Source of the DNA: a virus
Taxonomy: Duplodnaviria > Caudoviricetes
Direction: 5' to 3' (one strand)
Length of the DNA stretch: 64,000 bases
Virus record (IMG/VR): IMGVR_UViG_3300010311_001094
Coordinates: 1-64,000 of that record
The position numbers and the translations under genes were made by a program. Below the pieces are notes generated by a model. That model was not told the DNA's origin and did not search any database. It worked only from the letters and a program-made list of their open reading frames with translations. Positions 28,585 to 38,438 of this stretch are shown here, piece by piece (the first letter of the stretch is position 1; every line of letters begins with the position of its first letter).

Positions 28585-31500
28585 TCACACATTCAGCGCA
28601 TTCCGCGTCTGACGATAAATCTCCAGCCGTGACAGCGACTTAGGCGAATTATTCGTCTGGTTGACTGTCCGGCTGTTGTCGTTGTTGTAGTAGTTATTGA
28701 CCACACCACCGCTGCCGGCATCCAGCATTGCGCCCGAAATGCCGTCAAACTTCATATCAAAGCCCGACTGCATTGTGAGCGACATCGCATCGGCTACGGA
28801 GGATACAGCCTTTTCCACATACTTCTTGCTCTTGTTGATGCCCTGTGCCAGTCCCTTCATGAAGTCCGGCATCCAGCTCTCGAATTCGGAAAGAGGACCC
28901 TTGTCCGGCACCGAGAAGTGCAGATAATCACTTATCGCTCGTGCCACATCCGCAACAGTGTTGATGAGATTTCCGAGCATATAGTTCAGGCCATTGATGA
29001 GGTTCTGCATGAGATCCCGTCCCCAAGACCACGAGCTGTTGACCTTGTCCATGACCGCCTGATACACGGCATTCATAGCACCGGTCACTGCATCCCGCAC
29101 ACTGCCGAGCCTGTCTCCGATGCCGTTTTTAATGTTGTCCCAGATAGACAGCACAGCATCCTTGACCTGATTCATCGGATTGCGCACGATGTCAGGCATA
29201 GTGTTCCAGATGGAAGAAACTACGGACTTGATACCGTTCAGAACTGTGTTTACTACATCCTTTGCAGCGTTCCATGTGGTAGTGATCACATTCTTGATGT
29301 CAAGCTGCCCGGTCTGGATCAGATTTTTCAGTGCCGCCCATACAGCAGTGATGATCTTTTTGATTCCGCTCAGAGCAGAATCAATCACAGAAAATACAGC
29401 CCTCCACGTTGTCGTCACCACGCTCTTGATGTTGTCAAGGGCGTTTTTAATTGTAGCCACAACCGCTTTCCAGCCGGACGATACATCGCTGCTGATCTGC
29501 GACATCGTTGCATCAATTGCGGCATTGACGTTTGCCCAGACCGTTTTCACGGTATCGAACACCTGCGTCATGAAGCCCTGCACCGAGGTTACCACAGTGG
29601 ACAGTGCATTCTGGATCACGCTGCTGATCTTCTCAGCAAGACCTCCGGCAAAGTTGTTGACGGCATCGCCCACAACATTGGTATTTGCGTTGATTCCGTC
29701 CGCAAGTCCCTGCATGAAGTCCGGCATCCAGGACTCGAAATCCGCAAGAGGTCCCTCGTCAGGTACAGAGAAGTGAAGGAAAGACTTGATCTTGTCAGCC
29801 ACACCCTTGACCGCATCGGATACCTTGTTGATACAGCTCTTGATACCGTTCACAATGCCGTTGATGATGTCAGCGCCCCAAGAGAAAGCCTCATATGCAA
29901 GGTTCTTGATGAAGCTGACCGCCGCATTAAAGCCATTGACAATCGTTGTTTTGATCGCAGTGATCTTCTGAGATACAGCGGATTTCACGTTCTCCCAGAT
30001 ATTCGAGACTGTTGTTTTGATGGCGTTCATGACGGTTGTGATGGTCGTCTTGATGCTGTTCCAGATATTTGCGACTGTCGCAAAAATTGTGTTCAGGACG
30101 CTGCTGATGAATCCGGAGATAGCGTTCCATACGCTGCTTACCACAGCATGAATCGCATTCAGCACAGCCGAAATGTGTGCGCTGATGCTGTTCCAGATGG
30201 AAGATACCACAGACCAGATCGCGTTCAGAATCGTGCTGATAAAGCCGGAAATTGCATTCCACACAGTCTCTATCACGCTTTTGATCGTATCAAGCACAGT
30301 ACTGATCGTAGTGCAGATCGCATCCCAAATGGTCTGGAAGAAGTCGCGGATACTCTCCAAAATGGGAGTCAAGAAGGCTACAATGGCATTCCAGATAGCA
30401 GTGATTTTCTCGTGAATCCAGTCCATTGCCATGCCGATGAGAATCTGAATTGCCTGAAAAATGGTCTCGAACAGATAACGGAATGCTTCGAGCAGCGGAG
30501 AGATAATGTCATAGATCGTCTGCCATACAGTCGTAATGACTGACCAGATGGCGTTCATGACTGTTGTGATTGCTGTATGGATGGCGTTCCACACAGTCTC
30601 AATGACGGTCTTGATGAGATTGATTTTTGTGGTTACATCGTTATAAATTGCCGTCCAGATGCCGACAAAAAAGTTCTTGATGCCTGTCCAGATGTTGGTG
30701 AAAAATGTTGCAATGCCATTTATGACACCTGTAAAGAAGTTTTTGATACCGTTCCAGATACCGACAAAAAAGTTCTTGATTGCATTCCAGACATTCACCC
30801 AGAACTCTTTCACTTCGTCAAGGCTTGTGCCGAAAATGTTACACAGCACATTCATATAGTTTTGGAGCGTGTCTTTCAGGAAGTTCCATACCGCTACAAA
30901 AATACCCTTGATGCCGTTCCAGACTTTTTCCCAGTCACCCGTGAAGATACCGATAAAAATGTCCAACACATTCAGTAGGATATCCGTTACCGCCTTGAAG
31001 ATGTTAGCAATCTGCTGAAATACGCCCTCAAAAATCGGCGCAAGAAAATTGCACAGTCCTTCCCATACAGCTTTAATGACCTCGCCGATGTTCTCAAAGT
31101 CGAAGCCTAAAGCGTTGAGACGGTCTACGATGCCCTGACAGAAGCCCTGAAAAATACCCTTGATCTGCTCCCAGATCGCCGTGATTTTCGCTCTGAATTC
31201 ATCATTTGTTTTCCACAGGTGTACGAAAGCCGCTACCAAAGCAGCGATAACCGCAATGACAGCGACCACGGGCGCAGAGATACCGCCGATAGCAGCACCG
31301 AACGAACTGAATGCCGCCTTTGCACCTGCAATAATGGTCGGCAGATTGGAAATGAACTGCATGAGCTTGCCGACTGTGACCATTGTTTTGCCGACAACGA
31401 CTAAAAGCGGACCCAGTGCAGCGGCTACCAGAGCGATTTTGACGATCGTTTCTTTGGTCGCCGGATCCATTTGATTCAGCTTATCTACCAGAGCTTGAAT

Positions 31501-33144
31501 TTTGCTAACGATAGCACGGATCGCAGGCATAAGAATTTCACCGAAGGAAATGGCTAATTCTTCAAGCTGCGATTTCAGAATGGTGAGCTGACCGCCGAGG
31601 TTGTCCTGCATGACAGCGGCCATTTTTTCGGTAACGCCGTTGTAGCCGTCCACTTCATCGGAACAAGTGCTGATCGCACTGTTCAGCTTCTCAATATCTG
31701 AGGGTGCGGCGTTCATAACTGCAAGAAAACCGGACATTGCATTTTTGCCGACAAGTGCTTGTGCCGCAGATGCTTGTTCCGATTCCGACATCTGTGAGAA
31801 TGCCACCCGGCAGTCTGCAAGGATATCGTTCAGATCACGCATCGAGCCGTCTGCATTGGTAGTAGCGATCTCGATCTCTCCGAAGGAATCACCGCAGAAT
31901 TTTACCTCTCCGGCAAGCGCATTCATCATAGAACGGAGCGCCGTACCTGCCTGTGAACCCTTGATACCGGAATTCGCCATGAGACCGATTGCCTCGGCAG
32001 TGTCCTCACAGGAGAAACCCAGCGCACCTGCAACAGGTGCACAATACTTGAAGGTTTCACCCATCATGGACACATTTGTATTCGCATTCGAGCTTGCTGC
32101 CGCAAGTACGTCCGCAAAATGTCCGCTGTCGGCAGCAGATAAGCCGAAAGCGGTCAGAGCGTCCGTGACGATATCCGATGTGGTTGCGAGATCTTCTCCA
32201 CTCGCCGCCGCAAGGTTCATGATACCCTCAATACCGTCAAGAATATCTCCAGTTTTCCAGCCTGCCATCGCCATATAGTTCATGGCTTCTGCGGCTTCGG
32301 ATGCGGAGAATTTTGTCTTGGAGCCCATCTCACGGGCTTTGTCTCTCAGGTCTTGCAGCTCGTCACCGGTCGCACCGGATACAGCGGCGACCTTGCTCAT
32401 GGCAGTGTCGAAATCCGATGCCGTTTTCACAGCGGCAGTACCAGCAGCAAGGATAGGCACGGTCACATGGGTAGTCAGTGTTTCACCGACATCGGCGATT
32501 TTTCCGCCGACCTTTTCAAGGGTTTCACTCGTCTGACCGATTTTCACAAGAGCCTCTTGGGATTTGCTTGCCTCCGTTTGCAAATTCTGAAGCTCCTGCT
32601 CGGTCTCGATGATCTCACGCTGAAGGGCATCGTATTGCTCCGGGCTGATCGGGTTGCCAAACTCATCGGATACATCCTTAGCGGACTGCTTCAAAGATGT
32701 CAGCTCGTCAGATGTTTCCTTGATCTCACGCTGCAAGGCATCATATTTCTCCTGCGAGATCTCACCCTTTGAAAGCTGCTCATCGGCGGTTTTCGCCTGT
32801 TCCTTCAGTTCTTTCAGCTTGTTTTCGGTCTCACCGATCTTCTGTTTGATCGGATCGTATTTTGCCTTCCAAGCATCGTAGTTGTCTTTGGTTTTGGCGG
32901 CTTCCTCGCTGGCTTTTTTCAGGGTATCCAGCCGTTCTTTCGTGCTTTTGACGGCATCACCGAGGAACTTCTGCTTTTGAGCAAGCAGCTCTGTATTCTT
33001 CGGATCGAGTTTCAGCAGCTTTTCGACATCTTTGAGCTGAGTCTGCGTATTTTTGATGTTTCTGTCAACGGATTGTAGTGCTTTCGATAGCTTCGTGGTG
33101 TCGCCGTTGATCTCGACTGTAATGCCCTTAATTCTTCCTGCCAT
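28585..33144 (-). CDS. Tail tape measure protein (TP901-family core)
   Basis: 1519 aa; MAGRIKGITVEINGDTT, FSASEAAEAMNYMAMAGW, Trp-periodic amphipathic repeats. Confidence 0.95.
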   Translation of the reverse strand: MAGRIKGITVEINGDTTKLSKALQSVDRNIKNTQTQLKDVEKLLKLDPKNTELLAQKQKFLGDAVKSTKERLDTLKKASEEAAKTKDNYDAWKAKYDPIKQKIGETENKLKELKEQAKTADEQLSKGEISQEKYDALQREIKETSDELTSLKQSAKDVSDEFGNPISPEQYDALQREIIETEQELQNLQTEASKSQEALVKIGQTSETLEKVGGKIADVGETLTTHVTVPILAAGTAAVKTASDFDTAMSKVAAVSGATGDELQDLRDKAREMGSKTKFSASEAAEAMNYMAMAGWKTGDILDGIEGIMNLAAASGEDLATTSDIVTDALTAFGLSAADSGHFADVLAAASSNANTNVSMMGETFKYCAPVAGALGFSCEDTAEAIGLMANSGIKGSQAGTALRSMMNALAGEVKFCGDSFGEIEIATTNADGSMRDLNDILADCRVAFSQMSESEQASAAQALVGKNAMSGFLAVMNAAPSDIEKLNSAISTCSDEVDGYNGVTEKMAAVMQDNLGGQLTILKSQLEELAISFGEILMPAIRAIVSKIQALVDKLNQMDPATKETIVKIALVAAALGPLLVVVGKTMVTVGKLMQFISNLPTIIAGAKAAFSSFGAAIGGISAPVVAVIAVIAALVAAFVHLWKTNDEFRAKITAIWEQIKGIFQGFCQGIVDRLNALGFDFENIGEVIKAVWEGLCNFLAPIFEGVFQQIANIFKAVTDILLNVLDIFIGIFTGDWEKVWNGIKGIFVAVWNFLKDTLQNYMNVLCNIFGTSLDEVKEFWVNVWNAIKNFFVGIWNGIKNFFTGVINGIATFFTNIWTGIKNFFVGIWTAIYNDVTTKINLIKTVIETVWNAIHTAITTVMNAIWSVITTVWQTIYDIISPLLEAFRYLFETIFQAIQILIGMAMDWIHEKITAIWNAIVAFLTPILESIRDFFQTIWDAICTTISTVLDTIKSVIETVWNAISGFISTILNAIWSVVSSIWNSISAHISAVLNAIHAVVSSVWNAISGFISSVLNTIFATVANIWNSIKTTITTVMNAIKTTVSNIWENVKSAVSQKITAIKTTIVNGFNAAVSFIKNLAYEAFSWGADIINGIVNGIKSCINKVSDAVKGVADKIKSFLHFSVPDEGPLADFESWMPDFMQGLADGINANTNVVGDAVNNFAGGLAEKISSVIQNALSTVVTSVQGFMTQVFDTVKTVWANVNAAIDATMSQISSDVSSGWKAVVATIKNALDNIKSVVTTTWRAVFSVIDSALSGIKKIITAVWAALKNLIQTGQLDIKNVITTTWNAAKDVVNTVLNGIKSVVSSIWNTMPDIVRNPMNQVKDAVLSIWDNIKNGIGDRLGSVRDAVTGAMNAVYQAVMDKVNSSWSWGRDLMQNLINGLNYMLGNLINTVADVARAISDYLHFSVPDKGPLSEFESWMPDFMKGLAQGINKSKKYVEKAVSSVADAMSLTMQSGFDMKFDGISGAMLDAGSGGVVNNYYNNDNSRTVNQTNNSPKSLSRLEIYRQTRNALNV

Positions 33145-33226
33145 GCGATATCACCTGCCTTTCAGGAAAAATAAATATACCTACTGTGGTAGGTAGACAA
33201 GTAGGTTGGATAGGTGTATAATACGG

Positions 33227-33860
33227 CTATCTCCTGTGCAGTGTTTCGGATATACTTTTGTGGTGCAATGCCCTCGGCTCGAAATGAATGAGCATATAAA
33301 ACAGATGCATCACAGCACCCGCACCGAAGATAGAAATGAGTGTACCGATACCTACAGCGCCGCCGAGCAGCCAACCGATCAGTGTAACGAAGGCAAACAG
33401 CAGTATCTCAACCACACCTATGGGTATCTTAGGCAGCCGTTTCCCGATTGCTATGAGTAGCCCATCCTTCGGACCGTAGCCCTGTTGCGCCTTCATATAT
33501 ACATACATTCCCAGAGCAATAAACAGGAAGCCGAACAGCATATATACGATTCCGAGCCAAAGGCTGTGATTTTCAGGTTACGGGGAAATATTGCAGAAAA
33601 GTTGCGTCAGATTTCCCGTGATAATTGCATCAAGGACAGTAGCAATGCCAATGCGCTCGTGCAGGAGTAGTTGTATCACAATTGCCGCAAGGGATACTGC
33701 CACCATAGCACTGCCATAATTCAGCGGTGCATGACGGGATATCCCCACAGCGAGACAGTCCCACGGTGCAAGCCCAATATTGACATAGATGGTCAGATAT
33801 ACACCGAAGGAGTAAATTGAAAGTCCGAGGAGTATCCGCAGCAGACTGCTGAACGGTTCA
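33227..33860 (-). pseudogene. YczE/YyaS-like membrane protein pseudogene
   Basis: NIGLAPWDCLAVGIS, GYGPKDGL, LLGGAVGIGT; in-frame TAA at 33578-33580; no clear own start. Confidence 0.7.
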
Positions 33861-34399
33861 AAATTTATCCATGTCGATTTGAGTCGCTTTGTAGCTGTAA
33901 GTCGCTTCATCATTGTCCCTTTCGATAAACATTTCGTTGACCATTCCGATGGTGAGCAGATCAAGGTCGGAGAGTGTCAGCCCGATCTGCGCACATCGGA
34001 GGAGGAACAGCGGCGTTGTCATCTCGCGGTCAACTGGGCGAGATTTTTTTTTGACTCTGCCTGTGTCTCCAGATTCATGCCCCACAGCTCGAAAAGCTGC
34101 GGCAGCACCTCGTAGATCGAGAAGCAGTTGAACTGTTCGAGCCAGTCGTCCGGGCTGTCGGGAACGTTCTCCGGATCGGCGTGCTTCGCCATCGTCCATG
34201 CGATATTCTCGAAGACCTCAAGGCTCTCGATGCCGAGACCGGAATCCTGCTCATCGCTTTCGTCCACAGAGTCCTTCAGTGCGGCAAAATCCTTGAAAAT
34301 GTCCTTACGGAACTTCGCACGGTAAAGGCGAGGCAGGGTTGCGCTCGCCTTGAAAGGAACATCGATACCGTCAACAGTGATGATTTTCTTGATAGCCAT
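33858..34399 (-). CDS. Tail assembly chaperone pair (34019-34399 plus -1 frameshift extension to 33858)
   Basis: A9 run at 34044-34052 at the ESKKN end; -1 frame reads SRPVDREMTTPLFLLRCAQIG; lambda G/GT position. Confidence 0.85.
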
Positions 34400-34414
34400 A
34401 TTCTCTCCTCCGAA

Positions 34415-35062
34415 TCAGTCAGTTGTAGTGGATGCGGCAGTGCTGCTCTTGGTGGAAGATGCAGAACGTGTGCCGGTGCTGTTGTTTGTGGTCGCAGCGG
34501 TCGGGATATACACCGCATTATACCAGTTGTCATAGGTGGTCTGGTCGGTGCTTTCACAGGTCTTGGACTTCACCAGACCGTCAGGAAGTGCCGTTGCCTT
34601 CATCGAGAGAGTCTCCGTCTTGACCTCAGTGGACTCCTCCGTAGTGTAGCTCTCGGTCGAGGGACGGGATGCCGAGCAGCAGTACAGCACATGACGGATG
34701 TGGTTCTTGTCGCCGTTGAACTCGAAGAGCAGTGCAAACTGCGAGGTCTCGGCATCGTTACGCTCCACAAGAACACCCTTGCTGTCGAGCTGCTCACCGA
34801 GGATCGTAGTGGCGAAATCGGTCGTGATGAGTGCCACCTCAAGGTCGCCCTCGTAGCCCGCATTGTTGTTGATGACATAGTACACGCCGTTATCAGCAAA
34901 AAAGTTCTCGTTCTCGCCGTTGGCATCGATAGAAAGCGACACCGCACCGGGCAGGCGCACCGGCGTTGCGAATGTCGGCACACCCTCTTCCGACCATGCC
35001 GTGATTTTTGCATAATGAACCTTGTTCAGACCGAACTTGACTTTGTTTTTCTGAAGTGCCGT
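34415..35062 (-). CDS. Major tail protein (phi13 family); start codon reads ACG
   Basis: ACG-ALQKNKVKFGLNKVHYAK..PGAVSLSIDANGENENFFADN; GGAGG 8 nt upstream of ACG 35062. Confidence 0.85.
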   Translation of the reverse strand, partial: TALQKNKVKFGLNKVHYAKITAWSEEGVPTFATPVRLPGAVSLSIDANGENENFFADNGVYYVINNNAGYEGDLEVALITTDFATTILGEQLDSKGVLVERNDAETSQFALLFEFNGDKNHIRHVLYCCSASRPSTESYTTEESTEVKTETLSMKATALPDGLVKSKTCESTDQTTYDNWYNAVYIPTAATTNNSTGTRSASSTKSSTAASTTTD

Positions 35063-35065
35063 TTT

Positions 35066-35383
35066 TCATACCTCCATGATATAGAGGACTTCGTAGAGCC
35101 GTTCAGACTCTATCCATACCTCTGATTTTGTGTAATAGATGTTGTGCTGTGTCAGCACTTCCTCCACACGCTGTTCCGTATCCGGCGATTTTTCATCCGT
35201 ATAAAGCTCGATGTGCAGCTCTTTGAAGCTGTGGTACATGAAATTATCTGCGGAAAAGGTATCCTCGCCGGGAGACAGAAACAATGTGAAGGGCGGATCG
35301 GGGCTTTCACCCTCTGCGAAGTGATGATACGCAAAGGGCAGCCCGATCTCCTGCATCATCTCATTGATCTCTTCGTAGCTCAC
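35066..35383 (-). CDS. Tail completion / terminator-like protein
   Basis: GLPFAYHHFAEGESPDPPF; synteny. Confidence 0.75.
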   Translation of the reverse strand: MSYEEINEMMQEIGLPFAYHHFAEGESPDPPFTLFLSPGEDTFSADNFMYHSFKELHIELYTDEKSPDTEQRVEEVLTQHNIYYTKSEVWIESERLYEVLYIMEV

Positions 35384-35748
35384 GATAACTCCTTCTTGAT
35401 GAGCGTTTCGAGCATATCTGCACCGTTTGCTTCGGCAGGAGCGATATGCGGGATAGCCGCAACTCTGCCGCCGCCCCTTTTCGCATGACCGTGTTCCAGC
35501 AGATGTGCGATCTGATAGCGGTTCTTGCTGTGAACGGTCATTTCAAGGCTGTGGCTGTTTTCCTTGACCTTTTTTGTAGCCCAGCTCTTTTTGTATCTGC
35601 CGGACTTTTTCGGAGCATTGGCGGAAATTTCGTTCTTGACTGCGGTCGCTGTCTTTTTCACAGCCTTTTTCATGGCTGTATCGGCAAGCTCTGCGTATTC
35701 CGTCAGCCCTTTCATGACCTCCGATGCCAGATCGTCAATAGATGTCAT
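35380..35748 (-). CDS. HK97 gp10-family protein
   Basis: APKKSGRYKKSW, AHLLEHGHAKRGGGRV..PHIAPA. Confidence 0.85.
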   Translation of the reverse strand: MTSIDDLASEVMKGLTEYAELADTAMKKAVKKTATAVKNEISANAPKKSGRYKKSWATKKVKENSHSLEMTVHSKNRYQIAHLLEHGHAKRGGGRVAAIPHIAPAEANGADMLETLIKKELS

Positions 35749-36094
35749 CCTTCGCACCTGCCTTTCTGGATTCGCAGATCAGCTTCATATAGTCCTGCGT
35801 CTGGTAATTCGGCACAATGCCTTTGATGTCGTAGTCCAGACCGTCAAAGCGGATGCGATAAAGCGTTGAGGACATTCTTTTTGTCTGCGGAGTTTGCCGG
35901 ATGATGACCTCAATCTTCTGAATCGCTCTGGTCACGCCGGTATCCGTCTCCTCAGAAGCACCGTTATTGGATACAGTCACAGATGCCCAGAGTGAGAACA
36001 CCTCCTCCCACTGAGCCTTGTGATTGCCGATCGCATCTTTTTTGACATGATTTTCAAGGACGGCGATGCGCTGATTCAGTTTTCCGATCTCCAT
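35735..36094 (-). CDS. Head closure / head-tail adaptor (SPP1 gp16-like)
   Basis: MEIGKLNQRI..KDAIGN..W..WA; YRIRFDGLDYDI. Confidence 0.82.
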   Translation of the reverse strand: MEIGKLNQRIAVLENHVKKDAIGNHKAQWEEVFSLWASVTVSNNGASEETDTGVTRAIQKIEVIIRQTPQTKRMSSTLYRIRFDGLDYDIKGIVPNYQTQDYMKLICESRKAGAKDDIY

Positions 36095-36372
36095 CAGACG
36101 ATGCCCTCCCTCTGTGCGAATAACAGTGCCCTGAGTGTCAGCGTCAGCGCATGATAATCAGCAGTATTGCGGTTTTCATAGAGGTACGAAACAGTATACA
36201 GCATAGCCTGCCGGGAGGTCTCCTCATTTTCCGCGAGCTGCTTTTCATTCATGCGCCCCACATCCATCACGAGCCGCTGTGCCGTATCGATCAGAGTGAG
36301 GATGAGCTTGTCATCCTCGCAATGATCTACACGGAGATAGTTTTTTGTTTCAGGCAGTGAGATCAGAGTCAC
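36094..36372 (-). CDS. Head-tail connector (gp6-like)
   Basis: LPETKNYLRVDHCEDDKLI..YLYENR. Confidence 0.85.
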   Translation of the reverse strand: MTLISLPETKNYLRVDHCEDDKLILTLIDTAQRLVMDVGRMNEKQLAENEETSRQAMLYTVSYLYENRNTADYHALTLTLRALLFAQREGIV

Positions 36373-36390
36373 TTATCTGCCCTCCGTTCA

Positions 36391-37644
36391 TCAGCCGTTG
36401 CCGCCTGCACCGCCGCCGGTGTTACCGCCAGTCGTAGTAGCCTTTGTTCCAGCCATCTTGAGAACCTTGACGGATTCCGGCAGGATCAGACGGCCGTCCA
36501 CACGCTGCGTGGTGAGGAAGCCGACCTGATCGGTGCGGGCATACAGCTCGTTCAGACGGCGGAAGGTGCGGTTCTGACGGTCTGCCACCCAGTAATTCTT
36601 CATGTCACCGAAGAGGAGAACACGCTCACCCTTTGCGATACCGGGCATGAAGGAAGAGGTGCGGATCGGTCTGCCGAGAATTGTATCCGGCTTTGCGATA
36701 TCAAGGCTCGGCTTCCAGAGGTAGTTGTCGTTCTTGTCTTTCAGCTTCATGAGCTGAAGGAGAATGGTCTCGTTGCAGACGAACTGTGCGTTGCGGCGGT
36801 AGGGAGACTTCAGGCTGTAGTAGAGGTTGAAGATCTCATCGAAGGTGATCGCAGTCTGAGATGCCGCAGTGACACCAAGCTCAGCGCCGCCGGTCTCATC
36901 GAGAATACCGAGGGGCTTCTTGTCACCGTCACCGGTGAAGAACGCTCTTTCCTCGGCGTTGCCCATTGCCACACCGAAACGTGCAGCGATATAGCTTGCG
37001 AGGTCGAAGGCAGAATCGTGAAGCAGTTCGTTGGAGATCTTGATCATTGTGCCGAGCTTGTATGCGGAGAGCGTGGTCTGACCGAAACGAGTATCGGTCT
37101 CCGGAATTTCCTCGCCCTCATCGATCCACTGTGCCTCCATCGTGTCATTGGCAATCGGGATCTTGCGGGTACCAGAATTGGTCTTGATGACCGTTGCCAT
37201 CTGGCGGAAGATGTTGTTTTCCTCAAGCGCCTGAATCAGACGGCGCTCGAACTCGTCGGGCACAGTGTAGCCGCCCTCGGTGTCCTCACCGACAGAGAGT
37301 GCGTTGCGGACTGCAAGCTGATCGCCCTTGTTGCGGATCATATCCCAGAACGCACACTTGTACTCGTCCGTTGCGGTCGGGTTAGTGGGCGGCGTGTTCT
37401 TTGCGCCGGGAGCGTTGGTGACGGGCTTGGAGGTCGGTGCGGAAAGTGCCGCATCCACGGCTGCCTGCTGTTCCAGACGCTCGATCTCTGCACCGAGAGC
37501 CTGCACCTCACCGGCCATTTTGTTGTACTGCTCAACTGCGGATGCCTCCACGAGACCGTTCTCACCACGGTGCTTTTCAAGGAATGCCTTTGTCTGCTCC
37601 CACAGGGTATTACGTTTACTGCGAAGTTCCATGATCTTGCTCAT
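36391..37644 (-). CDS. Major capsid protein, HK97 family
   Basis: GGYTVPDEF, KISNELLHDSAFDL, LFGDMKNY, QVGFLTTQRVDG. Confidence 0.95.
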   Translation of the reverse strand: MSKIMELRSKRNTLWEQTKAFLEKHRGENGLVEASAVEQYNKMAGEVQALGAEIERLEQQAAVDAALSAPTSKPVTNAPGAKNTPPTNPTATDEYKCAFWDMIRNKGDQLAVRNALSVGEDTEGGYTVPDEFERRLIQALEENNIFRQMATVIKTNSGTRKIPIANDTMEAQWIDEGEEIPETDTRFGQTTLSAYKLGTMIKISNELLHDSAFDLASYIAARFGVAMGNAEERAFFTGDGDKKPLGILDETGGAELGVTAASQTAITFDEIFNLYYSLKSPYRRNAQFVCNETILLQLMKLKDKNDNYLWKPSLDIAKPDTILGRPIRTSSFMPGIAKGERVLLFGDMKNYWVADRQNRTFRRLNELYARTDQVGFLTTQRVDGRLILPESVKVLKMAGTKATTTGGNTGGGAGGNG

Positions 37645-37700
37645 ATCTTTTCTCCATTTCTCCGGATAAAATCCGGTGTCGCATAAAAATACAGCCAGCC

Positions 37701-38438
37701 TTATCTCAAAAATGCAAGCTGCTGTTTCAGAATTTCATACGGCATTGCGCCGTCTGCGGTTTTACCGTCCATGCCGATCACAGGCATATCGGGGACAGTG
37801 ACCACAGGTGCGGTCAGCCCTTTTTCGGCAGATTCCGGTGTTTCGGTTTTGTCATCGGGAGTGTCGTCCGTGTCTGCGATTTCTGCGCCTGCGGTGATCT
37901 TTCCCAAGATGGTCTGCCCCATGATACGGGTACTGTAAGACCAGTCGGATTCCAGCTTGAACGGCTTCTTTTCGGTCTCTTTCTTTTCATCACCCTCATC
38001 GTCACCGCCTTCCTGATCAAGCTTCTCAGGCTCGTCCGGATCGTCAGGCTCATCCTTCTTGTCCGGTTTGGACTTTTCATCGAACAGAATCTCATCTGCA
38101 AAGCCCAGCTCAACTGCCTTTTTCGCATTGATCCATGTCTCGTCCGACATGAGCTTGCTGATGCGGTTTCTGCTGAGTCCGGTTTTTGCGGCATATGCGT
38201 TGATGATGCTCTCTTTGACCTCATTCAGTGTTGCGATGGTTTTTTCCATGTCCTTGGCGTTTCCCATCGCAATTGTGGACGGATCATGCACGAACAGGAG
38301 TGCGGTCGGAGACATCTGCACAGTATTTCCTGCCATAGCAATCACGCTCGCCGCCGATGCTGCAATGCTTGCGATTTTTACCGTTACCCTGTGCGGATAA
38401 TCACGTATCATCGTGTAAATTTCTGCTGCTGCGAACAC
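37701..38438 (-). CDS. Prohead ClpP-type protease, exon 2
   Basis: VFAAAEIY..AASAASVIAMAG..HDP..ETWINAKKAVELGFAD; in frame with exon 1 after intron removal. Confidence 0.9.
   Translation of the reverse strand: MFAAAEIYTMIRDYPHRVTVKIASIAASAASVIAMAGNTVQMSPTALLFVHDPSTIAMGNAKDMEKTIATLNEVKESIINAYAAKTGLSRNRISKLMSDETWINAKKAVELGFADEILFDEKSKPDKKDEPDDPDEPEKLDQEGGDDEGDEKKETEKKPFKLESDWSYSTRIMGQTILGKITAGAEIADTDDTPDDKTETPESAEKGLTAPVVTVPDMPVIGMDGKTADGAMPYEILKQQLAFLR

Noticed and set aside
24078-36400. Stop-codon reassignment (TGA read as sense) in the phage
   Set aside because: TGA terminates many phage genes here (capsid, major tail, TMP), and the other in-frame stop is TAA; isolated lesions fit better.
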